Part shown: positions 1 to 9,609 of the stretch, one piece after another
Layout of the letters: each line of letters opens with the position of its first letter
Position numbering within the stretch: the stretch's first letter is position 1
From: Actinomycetota bacterium
GTDB taxonomy: Bacteria > Actinomycetota > Actinomycetes > S36-B12 > UBA5976
DNA length: 42,798 nt
NCBI GenBank assembly: GCA_041179585.1
Contig: JBEGTB010000007.1
Span: 1-42,798 of the forward strand
Reading direction: 5' to 3'
The notes under the pieces: generated by a model
Told to the model about the DNA's origin: nothing
Database searches by the model: none
What the model saw: only the letters and a program-made list of their open reading frames with translations
Program-made: the position numbers and the translations under genes

Positions 1-1655
1 TCTTAGCTGACTTAAACGTGATTCGTAAGTCACTTGTTGAAGTGGGCGAGGAAGAACTTGCAGTTCGGGTTATCGATCGCACCATCGCGGTTGCAACGGC
101 GGTTGGTTTGCACCTTGCCACCCTTGATGTACGTGAGCATTCAGCACGTTATCAAGATGCAGTTGCTCAATTAGTTGACCAGGCTGATCCCGCATTTAAA
201 TACCGCGAAAAGAGTCCAGCAGAACGTCTAGAGTTCCTGCGCAAAGAATTAGGTTCAACAAGGCCACTTGCCAGCAACTCACCACCGCTAAATGCCGATG
301 GAATGCATGTATTTGGCGCTTACACGGCCATCAAACAAGGTCAAGAACTTTACGGAAAGACCGTCTGCGAAACGGCGATTGTTTCCATGACCCGAGGCGC
401 TGATGATTTACTGGCTGCTGTTGTTATCGGCCGCGAAGCTGGTCTTGTTGATTTGAATCGTAAATATGTCGCAGTCGACTTTGTTCCCCTTCTTGAAACC
501 GTCGATGAACTTCAGGCGGCCGATCGAATCCTTGATGAATTACTAAGCACTACTGCATACCGTGAGATCGTCTCAATTCGCGGGAATGTGCAGGAAGTGA
601 TGCTTGGTTACTCCGATTCAAATAAAGATGCCGGCATTCTGACTTCACAATGGGAAATTCACCTAGCGCAGCGACGGTTAAGGGATGTAGCAAATAAGCA
701 CGGAGTGCGTCTTCGTTTATTCCATGGCCGAGGTGGAACGGTAGGTCGTGGTGGCGGTCCAACATTCGAAGCGATTTTGGCTCAGCCAGCAGGTGTTTTA
801 ACTGGCGAACTTAAAGTAACTGAACAAGGCGAAGTAATTTCAGACAAATACATTTTGCCGCCACTTGCTCGTGAAAATTTAGCGTTAACTTTGGCAGCAG
901 TTTTGGAATCTTCAATTTTGCACAGAACGCCTAATGTGCCGCAAGAAAAGATGACTCAATGGAATCAAGTGATGCAGTCAGCCTCAGATGCTGCGCTGGG
1001 TGCCTATCGAGGACTAGTTCAGCATCCAGATCTTCCAGCATATTTCGATCGTTCAACCCCAGTCAGTGAGTTAGCCGATGTTCATATGGGTTCTAGACCA
1101 GCAAGACGACCAGACACCAGCGCTGGAATAACTGGCCTTAGAGCAATTCCTTGGGTATTTGGTTGGACCCAGTCACGACAAATTGTTCCAGGATGGTTTG
1201 GTGTTGGCACCGGACTTAGAGCAGCCAGAGAAGCAGGCTATGAATCACAGCTCAAAGAAATGCTTCAGAGTTGGACCTTCTTTTCAAATTTCATTTCAAA
1301 TGTGGAGATGACTCTTGGAAAAACAGATTTAACGGTGGCTCAGAACTACGTTGATGCGCTAGTGCCAGATCAGTTAAAGCATATTTTTGAAACTATAAAA
1401 ACTGAGTTCGAATTGACTAGAGCAGAAATTTTGAATTTAACTGGCGAAAGTGAAGTTCTGGCTGCAAGTGAAACTTTGTCACGCACCTTGGCAATCAGGG
1501 ACACTTATTTATTGCCACTACATCATCTTCAAATAACTTTGCTAAATCGAGTGCGGCACGCAAGAGAGAATGGGCATGAGCCAGATAGCGAGCTAAAACG
1601 AGCTTTAAGTATTACCGTAAACGGAATTGCTACTGGCCTTCGCAATACTGGCTGA
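1..1655 (+). CDS. ppc: Phosphoenolpyruvate carboxylase, C-terminal part (5' end outside window)
   Basis: Motifs VMLGYSDS, FHGRGGTVGRGGGP, LRAIPWVFGWTQ and C-terminal RNTG; the frame is open from the window edge through the GTG at 18. Confidence 0.97.
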   Translation, partial: LADLNVIRKSLVEVGEEELAVRVIDRTIAVATAVGLHLATLDVREHSARYQDAVAQLVDQADPAFKYREKSPAERLEFLRKELGSTRPLASNSPPLNADGMHVFGAYTAIKQGQELYGKTVCETAIVSMTRGADDLLAAVVIGREAGLVDLNRKYVAVDFVPLLETVDELQAADRILDELLSTTAYREIVSIRGNVQEVMLGYSDSNKDAGILTSQWEIHLAQRRLRDVANKHGVRLRLFHGRGGTVGRGGGPTFEAILAQPAGVLTGELKVTEQGEVISDKYILPPLARENLALTLAAVLESSILHRTPNVPQEKMTQWNQVMQSASDAALGAYRGLVQHPDLPAYFDRSTPVSELADVHMGSRPARRPDTSAGITGLRAIPWVFGWTQSRQIVPGWFGVGTGLRAAREAGYESQLKEMLQSWTFFSNFISNVEMTLGKTDLTVAQNYVDALVPDQLKHIFETIKTEFELTRAEILNLTGESEVLAASETLSRTLAIRDTYLLPLHHLQITLLNRVRHARENGHEPDSELKRALSITVNGIATGLRNTG

Positions 1656-1656
1656 G

Positions 1657-2190
1657 TTAAGTAGTTAAGTTTTTAACTGAATCGCAAACTTGAGTTATTT
1701 GAACTTCTAATTCTTCTGGCTTTAGGAAATTGGCAGCATAAATTGCAAGCTCTGGTAAATATTTCATTTTCGTAAAACTAGCGATGGCTTTGTAAGGAGT
1801 TAATATTTCAGAAAGTGAAAAGCCATGCTCACCTTTTGCTGAGTAAAGTTCTTCAATTCCACCAGTTGTAGTTAGGACTTGTAAGTTCTTGCCTTCTAAT
1901 TTGTAGACATTTTGGTAAGCCCAATCTTCAGTCAAAATATCGTCTAAGTATTGTTTTAAAGAAGCAGGGCTGTGGTACCAGTACAGCGGAAATTCAAGAA
2001 TTATTGAATCTGCTTGTTCCCAAAGTTTTTGTTCTTCTTTTGGATCAAAGTGCACGCCATTTCGACTTAATTGATCAATGTGCCTAACAGTTACGCCATC
2101 AGTTTTGGCAAGTTTGTCTGTAATCGCTAGGTGGGTGTTTGAGGTCGATAAGTATGGGTGGCTTAGTATGACCAATACATTTTTTGACAC
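1657..2190 (-). CDS. Flavodoxin-2 family NAD(P)H:quinone oxidoreductase (KefF/MdaB-like)
   Basis: 177 aa; LSHP N-terminal motif, FPLYWY..PA.LK..LD and TTGG motifs typical of the flavodoxin_2 family. Confidence 0.85.
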   Translation of the reverse strand: MSKNVLVILSHPYLSTSNTHLAITDKLAKTDGVTVRHIDQLSRNGVHFDPKEEQKLWEQADSIILEFPLYWYHSPASLKQYLDDILTEDWAYQNVYKLEGKNLQVLTTTGGIEELYSAKGEHGFSLSEILTPYKAIASFTKMKYLPELAIYAANFLKPEELEVQITQVCDSVKNLTT

Positions 2191-2203
2191 CTCTAAAGAC
2201 TAA

Positions 2204-2240
2204 CGGCCATTGCGTTGCTAAATTACCTACGCAATGGCCG
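2204..2240 (-). terminator. Stem-loop downstream of betA, probable intrinsic terminator
   Basis: Perfect 12-bp inverted repeat CGGCCATTGCGT (2204-2215) / ACGCAATGGCCG (2229-2240) 14 nt after the betA stop; only a weak U-tract (ttagtcttt) follows on the minus strand. Confidence 0.7.
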
Positions 2241-2254
2241 CTTCGCTGTAAGCG

Positions 2255-3904
2255 TTACTTATCTGACTTGTACCAATCAACATATTCAGGGGCAAGTGGT
2301 TGCTTACCTTGAATGATGTCTGCAGCCTTTTCAGCAACCATCATTACTGGTGCATAAAGGTTTGCATTGGTTACATAAGGAAATACTGAAGCATCCACAA
2401 CACGAAGACCCTCAACGCCATAAACTTTCATAGTTTCTGGATCGATAACTGCCATGTCGTCTTTACCCATCTTGGCTGTGCAGGATGGATGGTAGGCGGT
2501 TTCTGCGTCTTTGCGAACCCAGTCAAGGATTTCTTCAGGTGTTTGGACACTCGGTCCTGGACTAATTTCACCATCGCTGTATTCATCAAAAGCTGATTGT
2601 TTAAGGATGTTACGGGTGACTTGAATCGCTTCTACCCATTCGCGGCGATCCTGATCAGTTGAAAGGTAATTAAACAGAATTGATGGCTTAGCTTTTGGAT
2701 CTTTGCTAACGATTTCGATTCGACCACGTGCATCTGAATACATTGGTCCAACGTGAACTTGGTAACCATGCCCTTGTTCGATACCGGTACCGTCATAACG
2801 AACGGCAATAGGTAAGAAGTGATACATCAGATTCGGATACTTAACTTCGTTATTAGATCTAGCAAAGCCACCACCTTCAAAGTGGTTTGTTGCACCTGGT
2901 CCCTTGCGAGCAAATAACCAAGCAGCCCCAATAAATGGTCGCTTCCAAACTTTAAGGTTTGGATTCATCGTGATTGGTTTCTTGCAAGCGTGCTGAATGT
3001 AAACCTCTAGGTGGTCTTGTAGGTTTTGGCCAACACCAGGAAGGTCTTTAACAACTGGAATACCTAAGCGATTAAGTAATCCCGATGGACCGATACCTGA
3101 AAGCTGCAAAACTTGCGGCGTATTAATCGCACCACCACAAAGAATTGTTTCGTGTCCGCGATATTCAACAATCTTCTTGCCAACGCGAACTTCAACGCCA
3201 ACAGCCTTGTCACCTTCAAAAATAACTTTATTAACTTGGTGACGAGTCTTGATCGTTAGGTTCTTGCGGCCTTTAACTGGGTGCAGGTAAGCACGAGCTG
3301 ACGACCATCGACGACCTTTCTTGACATTCTTATCAAAAGGTCCAAAGCCTTCTTGTTTGTAACCATTGACATCGTCAGTTCGAGTGAAACCGGCTTGAAC
3401 AGCAGCATCAAAGAATGCTTTGAAAAGGGGATTCTTAGCTGGTCCTTTTTCTAGGTAAAGCGGACCGCTATGACCACGAAATACTTTGTCATTAGGAACG
3501 CCAGTAGCGTTTTCCATTTTCTTGAAGTACGGAAGGCAGTGAGCGTAATCCCACTTTTCCATTCCTTTGTCGCTAGCCCAACGTTCGTAGTCCAAAGGAT
3601 TACCGCGCTGGAAAATCATGCCGTTGATTGATCCTGAGCCACCAAGTACTTTGCCGCGGCCATGGTAAACCTGACGGCCACCCATAAATGGTTCCGGATC
3701 TGTTTTATACATCCAGTCATAAAACCTGTTACCGATTGGGAAAGTTAGGGCCGCTGGCATGTGGATGTAAACATCCCAGATTGAATCTTTGCGCCCAGCC
3801 TCAAGCACTAGAACTTCGTTATCTGGATTCTCAGATAGCCGATTTCCTAGAACACTTCCGGCTGAACCGCCACCAATAATTATGTAGTCATAAATCTTGT
3901 TCAT
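2255..3904 (-). CDS. betA: Choline dehydrogenase (GMC oxidoreductase)
   Basis: [14 protein letters not shown] motif, [29 protein letters not shown] and ETAYHPSCT; 549 aa; betaine gene context. Confidence 0.93.
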   Translation of the reverse strand: MNKIYDYIIIGGGSAGSVLGNRLSENPDNEVLVLEAGRKDSIWDVYIHMPAALTFPIGNRFYDWMYKTDPEPFMGGRQVYHGRGKVLGGSGSINGMIFQRGNPLDYERWASDKGMEKWDYAHCLPYFKKMENATGVPNDKVFRGHSGPLYLEKGPAKNPLFKAFFDAAVQAGFTRTDDVNGYKQEGFGPFDKNVKKGRRWSSARAYLHPVKGRKNLTIKTRHQVNKVIFEGDKAVGVEVRVGKKIVEYRGHETILCGGAINTPQVLQLSGIGPSGLLNRLGIPVVKDLPGVGQNLQDHLEVYIQHACKKPITMNPNLKVWKRPFIGAAWLFARKGPGATNHFEGGGFARSNNEVKYPNLMYHFLPIAVRYDGTGIEQGHGYQVHVGPMYSDARGRIEIVSKDPKAKPSILFNYLSTDQDRREWVEAIQVTRNILKQSAFDEYSDGEISPGPSVQTPEEILDWVRKDAETAYHPSCTAKMGKDDMAVIDPETMKVYGVEGLRVVDASVFPYVTNANLYAPVMMVAEKAADIIQGKQPLAPEYVDWYKSDK

Positions 3905-4753
3905 TTATAGTTCTCCAGCAGCTGTATCGACAACGTTTGCAACTAGCATCGCCCGGGTCATTGGACCTGTACCACCTGGCATAGGGGCGATGTGGCCAGC
4001 AACTTCGCTGCATGCTGGATCGATGTCACCTAGTAATCCAGCATCCGTTCGAGTAATGCCAACATCAAGTAGCGCAGCGCCCGGCTTGATCATGTCTGGC
4101 TTAATGAAGTGCGGAACACCAGCAGCAGCCACCACAATGTCAGCACGCTTGATGTGAGCGGCCATGTCTTTTGTACCGGTGTGACACAAAGTAACTGTGG
4201 CATTTTCACTACGGCGGGTAAGAAGTAATCCAAGTGGGCGACCAACTGTTACGCCGCGCCCAACAATACAAACTTCAGCGCCATCAAGATTTACGTCATA
4301 TGCGCGAAGCAATTCAACGATGCCACGAGGTGTACAAGGAAGAGGTGCTGGAACACCAAGAACTAAGCGACCAAGGTTTGTTGGATGCAGACCGTCAGCA
4401 TCTTTCTTTGGATCAATTGCTTCAAGAGCTGCATTAGAGTCAAGACCCTTCGGTAGTGGCAACTGAACAATGTAGCCAGTACATGCTGGATCTTCGTTGA
4501 GACGTTTGATTGCAGCCATTACATCTGCTTGCGTTGCATTTGCTGGCAGATCTTCGCGAACAGAAGTGATCCCAACTTCATGGCAGTCGCGGTGTTTTCC
4601 AGCCACATATGAGTGTGAACCTGGATCATCACCAACAAGGATGGTGCCAAGGCCAGGGGTAATACCTTTCGCCTTCAATTCTTCAACGCGCTTAGCCAGC
4701 TTGGCTTTAACTGCAGCAGCGGTTGCTTTACCATCCAGGATGATTGCGGACAT
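3905..4753 (-). CDS. folD: Bifunctional methylene-THF dehydrogenase / methenyl-THF cyclohydrolase
   Basis: ILDGK, YV.GK, VQLPLP, KDADGL, PCTP.G, VGRG.TVGRP and PGG.GPMT motifs; stop abuts the betA start. Confidence 0.97.
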   Translation of the reverse strand: MSAIILDGKATAAAVKAKLAKRVEELKAKGITPGLGTILVGDDPGSHSYVAGKHRDCHEVGITSVREDLPANATQADVMAAIKRLNEDPACTGYIVQLPLPKGLDSNAALEAIDPKKDADGLHPTNLGRLVLGVPAPLPCTPRGIVELLRAYDVNLDGAEVCIVGRGVTVGRPLGLLLTRRSENATVTLCHTGTKDMAAHIKRADIVVAAAGVPHFIKPDMIKPGAALLDVGITRTDAGLLGDIDPACSEVAGHIAPMPGGTGPMTRAMLVANVVDTAAGEL

Positions 4754-4805
4754 GCCTCTAACCTTCTGTTTTGTTTAATCCAATAATTTAAATTATTTGG
4801 CTTAT

Positions 4806-5411
4806 CTAAAGATACTCAACTGTGGCGTCAGTCAGGGCTGCCCATAGATGCTCTGCAAAAGAACTGCGAACAAACAGGATGTAGCAGTCTGTGCAGCAGT
4901 ACCACATTATGACCGGGGTACGGAACATAATGCCTTGGCTGCAACTATCAATGCCGAAATTCTTTTTGCGTAGATCTTGTTCCCAAACGTGCTCAAGAAC
5001 TTCAACTGATTTTGGACCAGAAACTTCAAGTTTGGTTCTCTGGGCACTTATGTCAACTAGTGAGATGTGATGAATTGCACGCACGTGCTCCAAGAGCTCA
5101 GATGCATCTGCTGTTCCAGTGAGTAACCATTGGTCAGGTCCAAGACATAATGCAATGATGCCTTTTTGATCTTTTTCATATTCTGGCTGTCCCATGCACG
5201 AGGCATTCACTCTGGCAACTTTTCCAACTGTTGTCGGCAAAGTTAGCCCAAGGGCAGCATTCACAGCTGAGAATGCTGACGAATTTGGATCAACTCGAAG
5301 ATCCCACATCGGAGTGAATGGAACTTCATACATCCAAATTGGGTCACCCTGTTTGCCCCAAGTTGCGCCATTAAGCGGGCTCTTTGCGCCCTTTAATACT
5401 TTAACCGTCAC
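4806..5411 (-). CDS. soxG: Sarcosine oxidase subunit gamma
   Basis: LGPDQWL, VDISAQR and VRSSFA motifs; follows soxA. Start moved from the ORF-track 5432 to the in-frame GTG at 5411 because AAGGAGA (5421-5427) lies 9 nt upstream. Confidence 0.9.
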   Translation of the reverse strand: MTVKVLKGAKSPLNGATWGKQGDPIWMYEVPFTPMWDLRVDPNSSAFSAVNAALGLTLPTTVGKVARVNASCMGQPEYEKDQKGIIALCLGPDQWLLTGTADASELLEHVRAIHHISLVDISAQRTKLEVSGPKSVEVLEHVWEQDLRKKNFGIDSCSQGIMFRTPVIMWYCCTDCYILFVRSSFAEHLWAALTDATVEYL

Positions 5412-8082
5412 GACGTGTGTTCTCCTTGTCAAAGAAAAGCGGTTCAGTCACTTTTGCCATAATCACTTTTCCGCGAAGAGGTATTGCAACTTCCTCGCCG
5501 TGACGGGCTTGACCGTTAGCCAACATACCCATGGCAAATGATCTGCCAAGGGCTGCTGACATGTAAGAACTGGTTACATAACCAACGTGCTTAACTGGTG
5601 GCTTTTGGCCAGCATTGCTAGCTTCAACAACGTAAGCACCTTCTGGAATAACTTCTTGGCCATCAATTGGCATGAAACCAACTAATTGATGACGTCCAGC
5701 ACGAGCGGTATCGCTACGAGTAAACGAACGTTTGCCAATGAAATCTTTCTTCTTGGAAACAATCCAGTCCATACCAACATCCATCGGAGTTTGAGTTCCG
5801 TCAGTATCTTGGCCAAGGATCACATAACCCTTTTCAGCACGTAGTACGTGCATAGTTTCAGTTCCGTATGGCGCAATACCGAATTCTTTACCTTCGCGCA
5901 TTACTGCTTCCCAAATGTGGGCGCCATACCAAGCTTCAACGTTGATTTCGTAAGCTAATTCGCCGCTGAAAGAAATACGAGCGATGCGAGCGGGAATGCC
6001 AGCAACATCAGCGTATTTATTTTCCATGAAACCAAATGCTTCGTTTGAGGCATCAAGTCCTGGTGCAAGTTTGGCAATTAAGTTACGTGACTTAGGGCCA
6101 ACGATTGCAACAGTTGAAATGTGTTCTGTTACTGATGTGCAGTAAACCTTTAGGTCAGGCCATTCGGTGTAAAGCCATTCTTCTAACCAGTCCAATACTT
6201 TGGCAGCGCCACCAGTTGTTGTGGTCATTAAGAAATGATTTTCCGCAAGACGTGTTGTAACACCGTCATCAAAGACCATTCCGTCAACACCACACATAAA
6301 GCCATAACGGCTTTGGCCAACCTTTAGCGAGCTAAACATGTTGGTGTAAACGCGGTCTAGGAATTCAGCTGCATCAGGTCCTTGGATATCGATCTTTCCA
6401 AGTGTTGATGCATCCATCACACCTACGCCATCACGAACCGCAGCGCATTCACGTAGAACTGCAGCATGCAAGTCTTCCTTGCCCTTAGGGAAAAACCAAG
6501 GACGTTTCCATTGGCCGACATCTTCCATCGGCGCGCCTGCTGATTCATGCAGAGCATGAATTGGTGTGCGACGAACAGGATCAGCTAACTTTCCACGTTC
6601 GCGGCCAGCAAGAGATGCAAATGGAACTGGAACAAAAGGTGAGCGGAAGGTGAGTGAACCAATTTCATCTGGCTGCTTACCAAGTGCTGCGCCAATTAGA
6701 CCCATGGTGATAGTTCCGCTGGTCTTACCTTGATCATGCGCCGTACCGATTGCGGTGTAACGCTTTACGTGTTCAATACTTTGCATACCCGCTTTTACTG
6801 CACGACGAACATCACGCAATGTTGCATCGCGCTGGAAATCAACGAATGCATCGGGTGCTTGAGCATCACTTTGCTGTGGACCAAAGAAGATTGCCGGGGA
6901 ATCGTCGCCACCAAAGTCACCGGCCACCATGCCAACAGCAGAGACCCACTTATTTTCTAGATCGTGGTAATCAAAGCAAGCCAAAAGTGAATTCCACTTT
7001 GGTTTCACACCAATGTAAGTACCTAGATGAACTGTAGGAGTCCAGCCGCCAGATACAGCCACTAAGTCAGTATCAATACATGTTGTTTCGGTACCATCAA
7101 GGTTGCCAATTTCAACACACTTAACGGTCTTTTTCTTTGGCTTCAGTTCTGCATCAACTGCAGTCTTGCCGTTCATGATTGTGATACCTAGCGCTTTAGC
7201 GGCCTCGACCGATGGACCAGATGCGCTTTGGCGACAATCTGCAATTGCTAGAACTTCTACGCCAGCATTGTGCAGGCGAACTGCGTCGCGGTAACCCTGG
7301 TTATCAACTGTCACAACAACTGCGGTCTTAAACACATCAACACCATCACGGGCCACGTAAGTAGCTGCAGCGTGCGAAAGCATGATGCCTGGAAGATCGT
7401 TATTCGCAAACACAAGATGACGTTGGTAAGCACCGGTTGCCAAAATCGTTCTCTCAGCACGGAAATGCCAAGTGCGCATGCGTGCTTTCTTTTTGTGAAC
7501 TTCACTATCTAGATGATCGGTGCGACGTTCGCTTGCAACGCTGTAACCCTGGTCGTACAGACCATGAACAATTGTGCGCGGTAAGTAAGTCACATTTGGC
7601 ATATCAAGAACTGCAAGTAGATCTGCTGGAATATCTTGACCTAGGTGAACTAAATGACCACCTGGGCGATCTTGTTCATCGCAGATGACAACATCTTTGC
7701 CGGCGCGAGCTTGTTCACCAGCTGCTTTAAGGCCAGCAGTACCAGCACCAACTACTACAACATCCACGTGACGGTATTTCTTGTCATAACGTGACTTGTC
7801 CCGAGTATCTGCAAGATCGCCAACACCTGAAAGGGAGCGAGCAACTAAACCATCAGTGATTGGCAGAACTGTTGCTGGATACATTGGTTCGCCCGCACCT
7901 GAAACCACCTGCACAAGCGCATTGGCTTCTTCGTGGCCAAGTCCGATGATTCCTCTTGGTCGATCACGGTAAGCCGAATCAGTGAAGTGAACAATGCCAT
8001 TGCGAAGTAGGGCAGTGGCTAATGTGTCACCTTTGTGACCTTTGTATTTCTTGCCATCAAATTTAAATTTAACTTTACTCAT
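5401..8082 (-). CDS. soxA: Sarcosine oxidase subunit alpha
   Basis: FDG...GDTLATALL, GAGTAG dinucleotide fold, KRYT..G...DQGK, and GcvT-like C-terminal domain (DASTLGKI, RISFSGEL.YE, LRAEKG). Confidence 0.95.
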   Translation of the reverse strand: MSKVKFKFDGKKYKGHKGDTLATALLRNGIVHFTDSAYRDRPRGIIGLGHEEANALVQVVSGAGEPMYPATVLPITDGLVARSLSGVGDLADTRDKSRYDKKYRHVDVVVVGAGTAGLKAAGEQARAGKDVVICDEQDRPGGHLVHLGQDIPADLLAVLDMPNVTYLPRTIVHGLYDQGYSVASERRTDHLDSEVHKKKARMRTWHFRAERTILATGAYQRHLVFANNDLPGIMLSHAAATYVARDGVDVFKTAVVVTVDNQGYRDAVRLHNAGVEVLAIADCRQSASGPSVEAAKALGITIMNGKTAVDAELKPKKKTVKCVEIGNLDGTETTCIDTDLVAVSGGWTPTVHLGTYIGVKPKWNSLLACFDYHDLENKWVSAVGMVAGDFGGDDSPAIFFGPQQSDAQAPDAFVDFQRDATLRDVRRAVKAGMQSIEHVKRYTAIGTAHDQGKTSGTITMGLIGAALGKQPDEIGSLTFRSPFVPVPFASLAGRERGKLADPVRRTPIHALHESAGAPMEDVGQWKRPWFFPKGKEDLHAAVLRECAAVRDGVGVMDASTLGKIDIQGPDAAEFLDRVYTNMFSSLKVGQSRYGFMCGVDGMVFDDGVTTRLAENHFLMTTTTGGAAKVLDWLEEWLYTEWPDLKVYCTSVTEHISTVAIVGPKSRNLIAKLAPGLDASNEAFGFMENKYADVAGIPARIARISFSGELAYEINVEAWYGAHIWEAVMREGKEFGIAPYGTETMHVLRAEKGYVILGQDTDGTQTPMDVGMDWIVSKKKDFIGKRSFTRSDTARAGRHQLVGFMPIDGQEVIPEGAYVVEASNAGQKPPVKHVGYVTSSYMSAALGRSFAMGMLANGQARHGEEVAIPLRGKVIMAKVTEPLFFDKENTRRDG

Positions 8083-8360
8083 GCTGGCTTCTTAGGTTGT
8101 GGTTCGAATGGTTTATAGGTTGGTCCGAATTCATGGGTAATGGTGTTACGCCAAACATTGAACCAGCGACGGCAGCCTGCACTATGAACCCATCGTTCAG
8201 CGTGCCAGCCTTTTGGATTAGCGCGGAAGAAAACATACTTACCCCATTGCTCATCGCTAATTAATTCGCGTTCTTGTGGGTATTCAACGCCAGCTTCATG
8301 GCCGTAGTGAAATTCGGTTTCATCTCTTGGACCACACCAAGGACATGGAATATGTAACAT
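8079..8360 (-). CDS. soxD: Sarcosine oxidase subunit delta
   Basis: CPWCGPR.E.EF and ERW.H..GCRRWF zinc-binding signature; 93 aa between soxB and soxA. Confidence 0.96.
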   Translation of the reverse strand: MLHIPCPWCGPRDETEFHYGHEAGVEYPQERELISDEQWGKYVFFRANPKGWHAERWVHSAGCRRWFNVWRNTITHEFGPTYKPFEPQPKKPA

Positions 8361-8372
8361 TTCAAGTTCTCC

Positions 8373-9608
8373 TTAGTGAGCCACGCCGGCTGCGCCGTGC
8401 TCGTCGATTAGATGGCCAGTAGTGAAACGCTCTAAGGTGTAACCCTTATTTAGTTCGTGTGGGCTACCAGTTGCAATGGTGTGGGCCATAACCCAACCAG
8501 ATCCTGGTGTTCCCTTGAAACCACCAGTACCACAACCACAGTTCAGGTAAAGGTTTTCAACCGGTGTTAAGCCGATAATGGGCGAAGCATCAGGGGTTGT
8601 ATCAACAATGCCACCCCAAGTGCGAAGTAGATGTGCCCGTTCAAAAATTGGGAACAGTTCAACTGCAGCAGATAGTTGGTGTTCAATCACATGGAATCCA
8701 CCGCGCTGGGCGTATGAGTTGTAAGCATCAGTACCAGCACCCATTACTAATTCACCTTTATGTGCTTGGCTGACATAAACGTGAACCATGCCAGACATGA
8801 TTACGGTGTCAAGAACTTGTTCAAGTAGTTCTGAAACAAGTGCCTGCAATGGACGAGATTGAACTGGAATCTTGAAGCCAGCCATTTCAGCAAGCACCGA
8901 AGAGTGACCAGCGCCAACTAGCGCAACTTTGTTTGCTAAAACATCACCTTGGTTTGTTTCAACACCAACAACGCGGCCATCTTGAACTTTAATTCCAGTT
9001 ACTTCACAGTTTTGAATGATGTCAACACCCATGTCACCAGCAGCCTTGGCATAACCCCATGCAACCCAGTCGTGTTTAGCGATACCACCACGTGGTTGGT
9101 AAGTAGCGCCCATAACTGGGTAGCGGATGTCCTCGCTGATGTTAACTATCGGTGCAATTTTTTTAACTTCTTTTGGTGTCAGCCATTCACTATCGATGTC
9201 AGCAACACCGTTTGCGTAGTAGTTACGCATCTTGGTGCGCACATCGCTAACGCTGTGGGCAAGAGTCATCACGCCGCGCTGTGAGAAGAACATCTCATAG
9301 CCGACATCTTCTTGCAGGCCTTCCCATAGTTTTAGGGAATGTTCGTAAATACCCTCTGACTCATCCCAAAGGTAATTTGAACGAATGATTGTGGTGTTAC
9401 GAGCCATGTTGCCACCAGCTAGCCAACCCTTTTCAAGCACAGCAATATTTGTCATGCCGTGAAGTTTGGCTAGGTAGTAAGCAGTAGCTAGGCCGTGGCC
9501 ACCACCGCCAATGATGATTGCATCGTATGACTTCTTTGGTGCTTTATGCGCCCAAAGAAAATCTGGATGCTCAGGTAATTCAACTGTTCGTCTGCGAGTA
9601 ATCGACAT
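8373..9608 (-). CDS. soxB: Sarcosine oxidase subunit beta
   Basis: [38 protein letters not shown] and C-terminal HGAAGVAH. Confidence 0.96.
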   Translation of the reverse strand: MSITRRRTVELPEHPDFLWAHKAPKKSYDAIIIGGGGHGLATAYYLAKLHGMTNIAVLEKGWLAGGNMARNTTIIRSNYLWDESEGIYEHSLKLWEGLQEDVGYEMFFSQRGVMTLAHSVSDVRTKMRNYYANGVADIDSEWLTPKEVKKIAPIVNISEDIRYPVMGATYQPRGGIAKHDWVAWGYAKAAGDMGVDIIQNCEVTGIKVQDGRVVGVETNQGDVLANKVALVGAGHSSVLAEMAGFKIPVQSRPLQALVSELLEQVLDTVIMSGMVHVYVSQAHKGELVMGAGTDAYNSYAQRGGFHVIEHQLSAAVELFPIFERAHLLRTWGGIVDTTPDASPIIGLTPVENLYLNCGCGTGGFKGTPGSGWVMAHTIATGSPHELNKGYTLERFTTGHLIDEHGAAGVAH

Positions 9609-9609
9609 T

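Noticed and set aside
1-1655. Serine-cycle methylotrophy suggested by ppc next to C1 genes
   Set aside because: No glyA, sga, hpr, mtk or mcl is present; ppc is a common anaplerotic gene on the opposite strand outside the island.
1657-2190. Quinone reductase as a co-transcribed electron acceptor for MetVF or BetA
   Set aside because: It is separated from betA by a 12-bp hairpin and has its own leaderless -10; nothing supports a functional link.
2255-3904. Choline oxidase (CodA) instead of BetA
   Set aside because: The motifs and the presence of a separate betaine aldehyde dehydrogenase fit BetA better.
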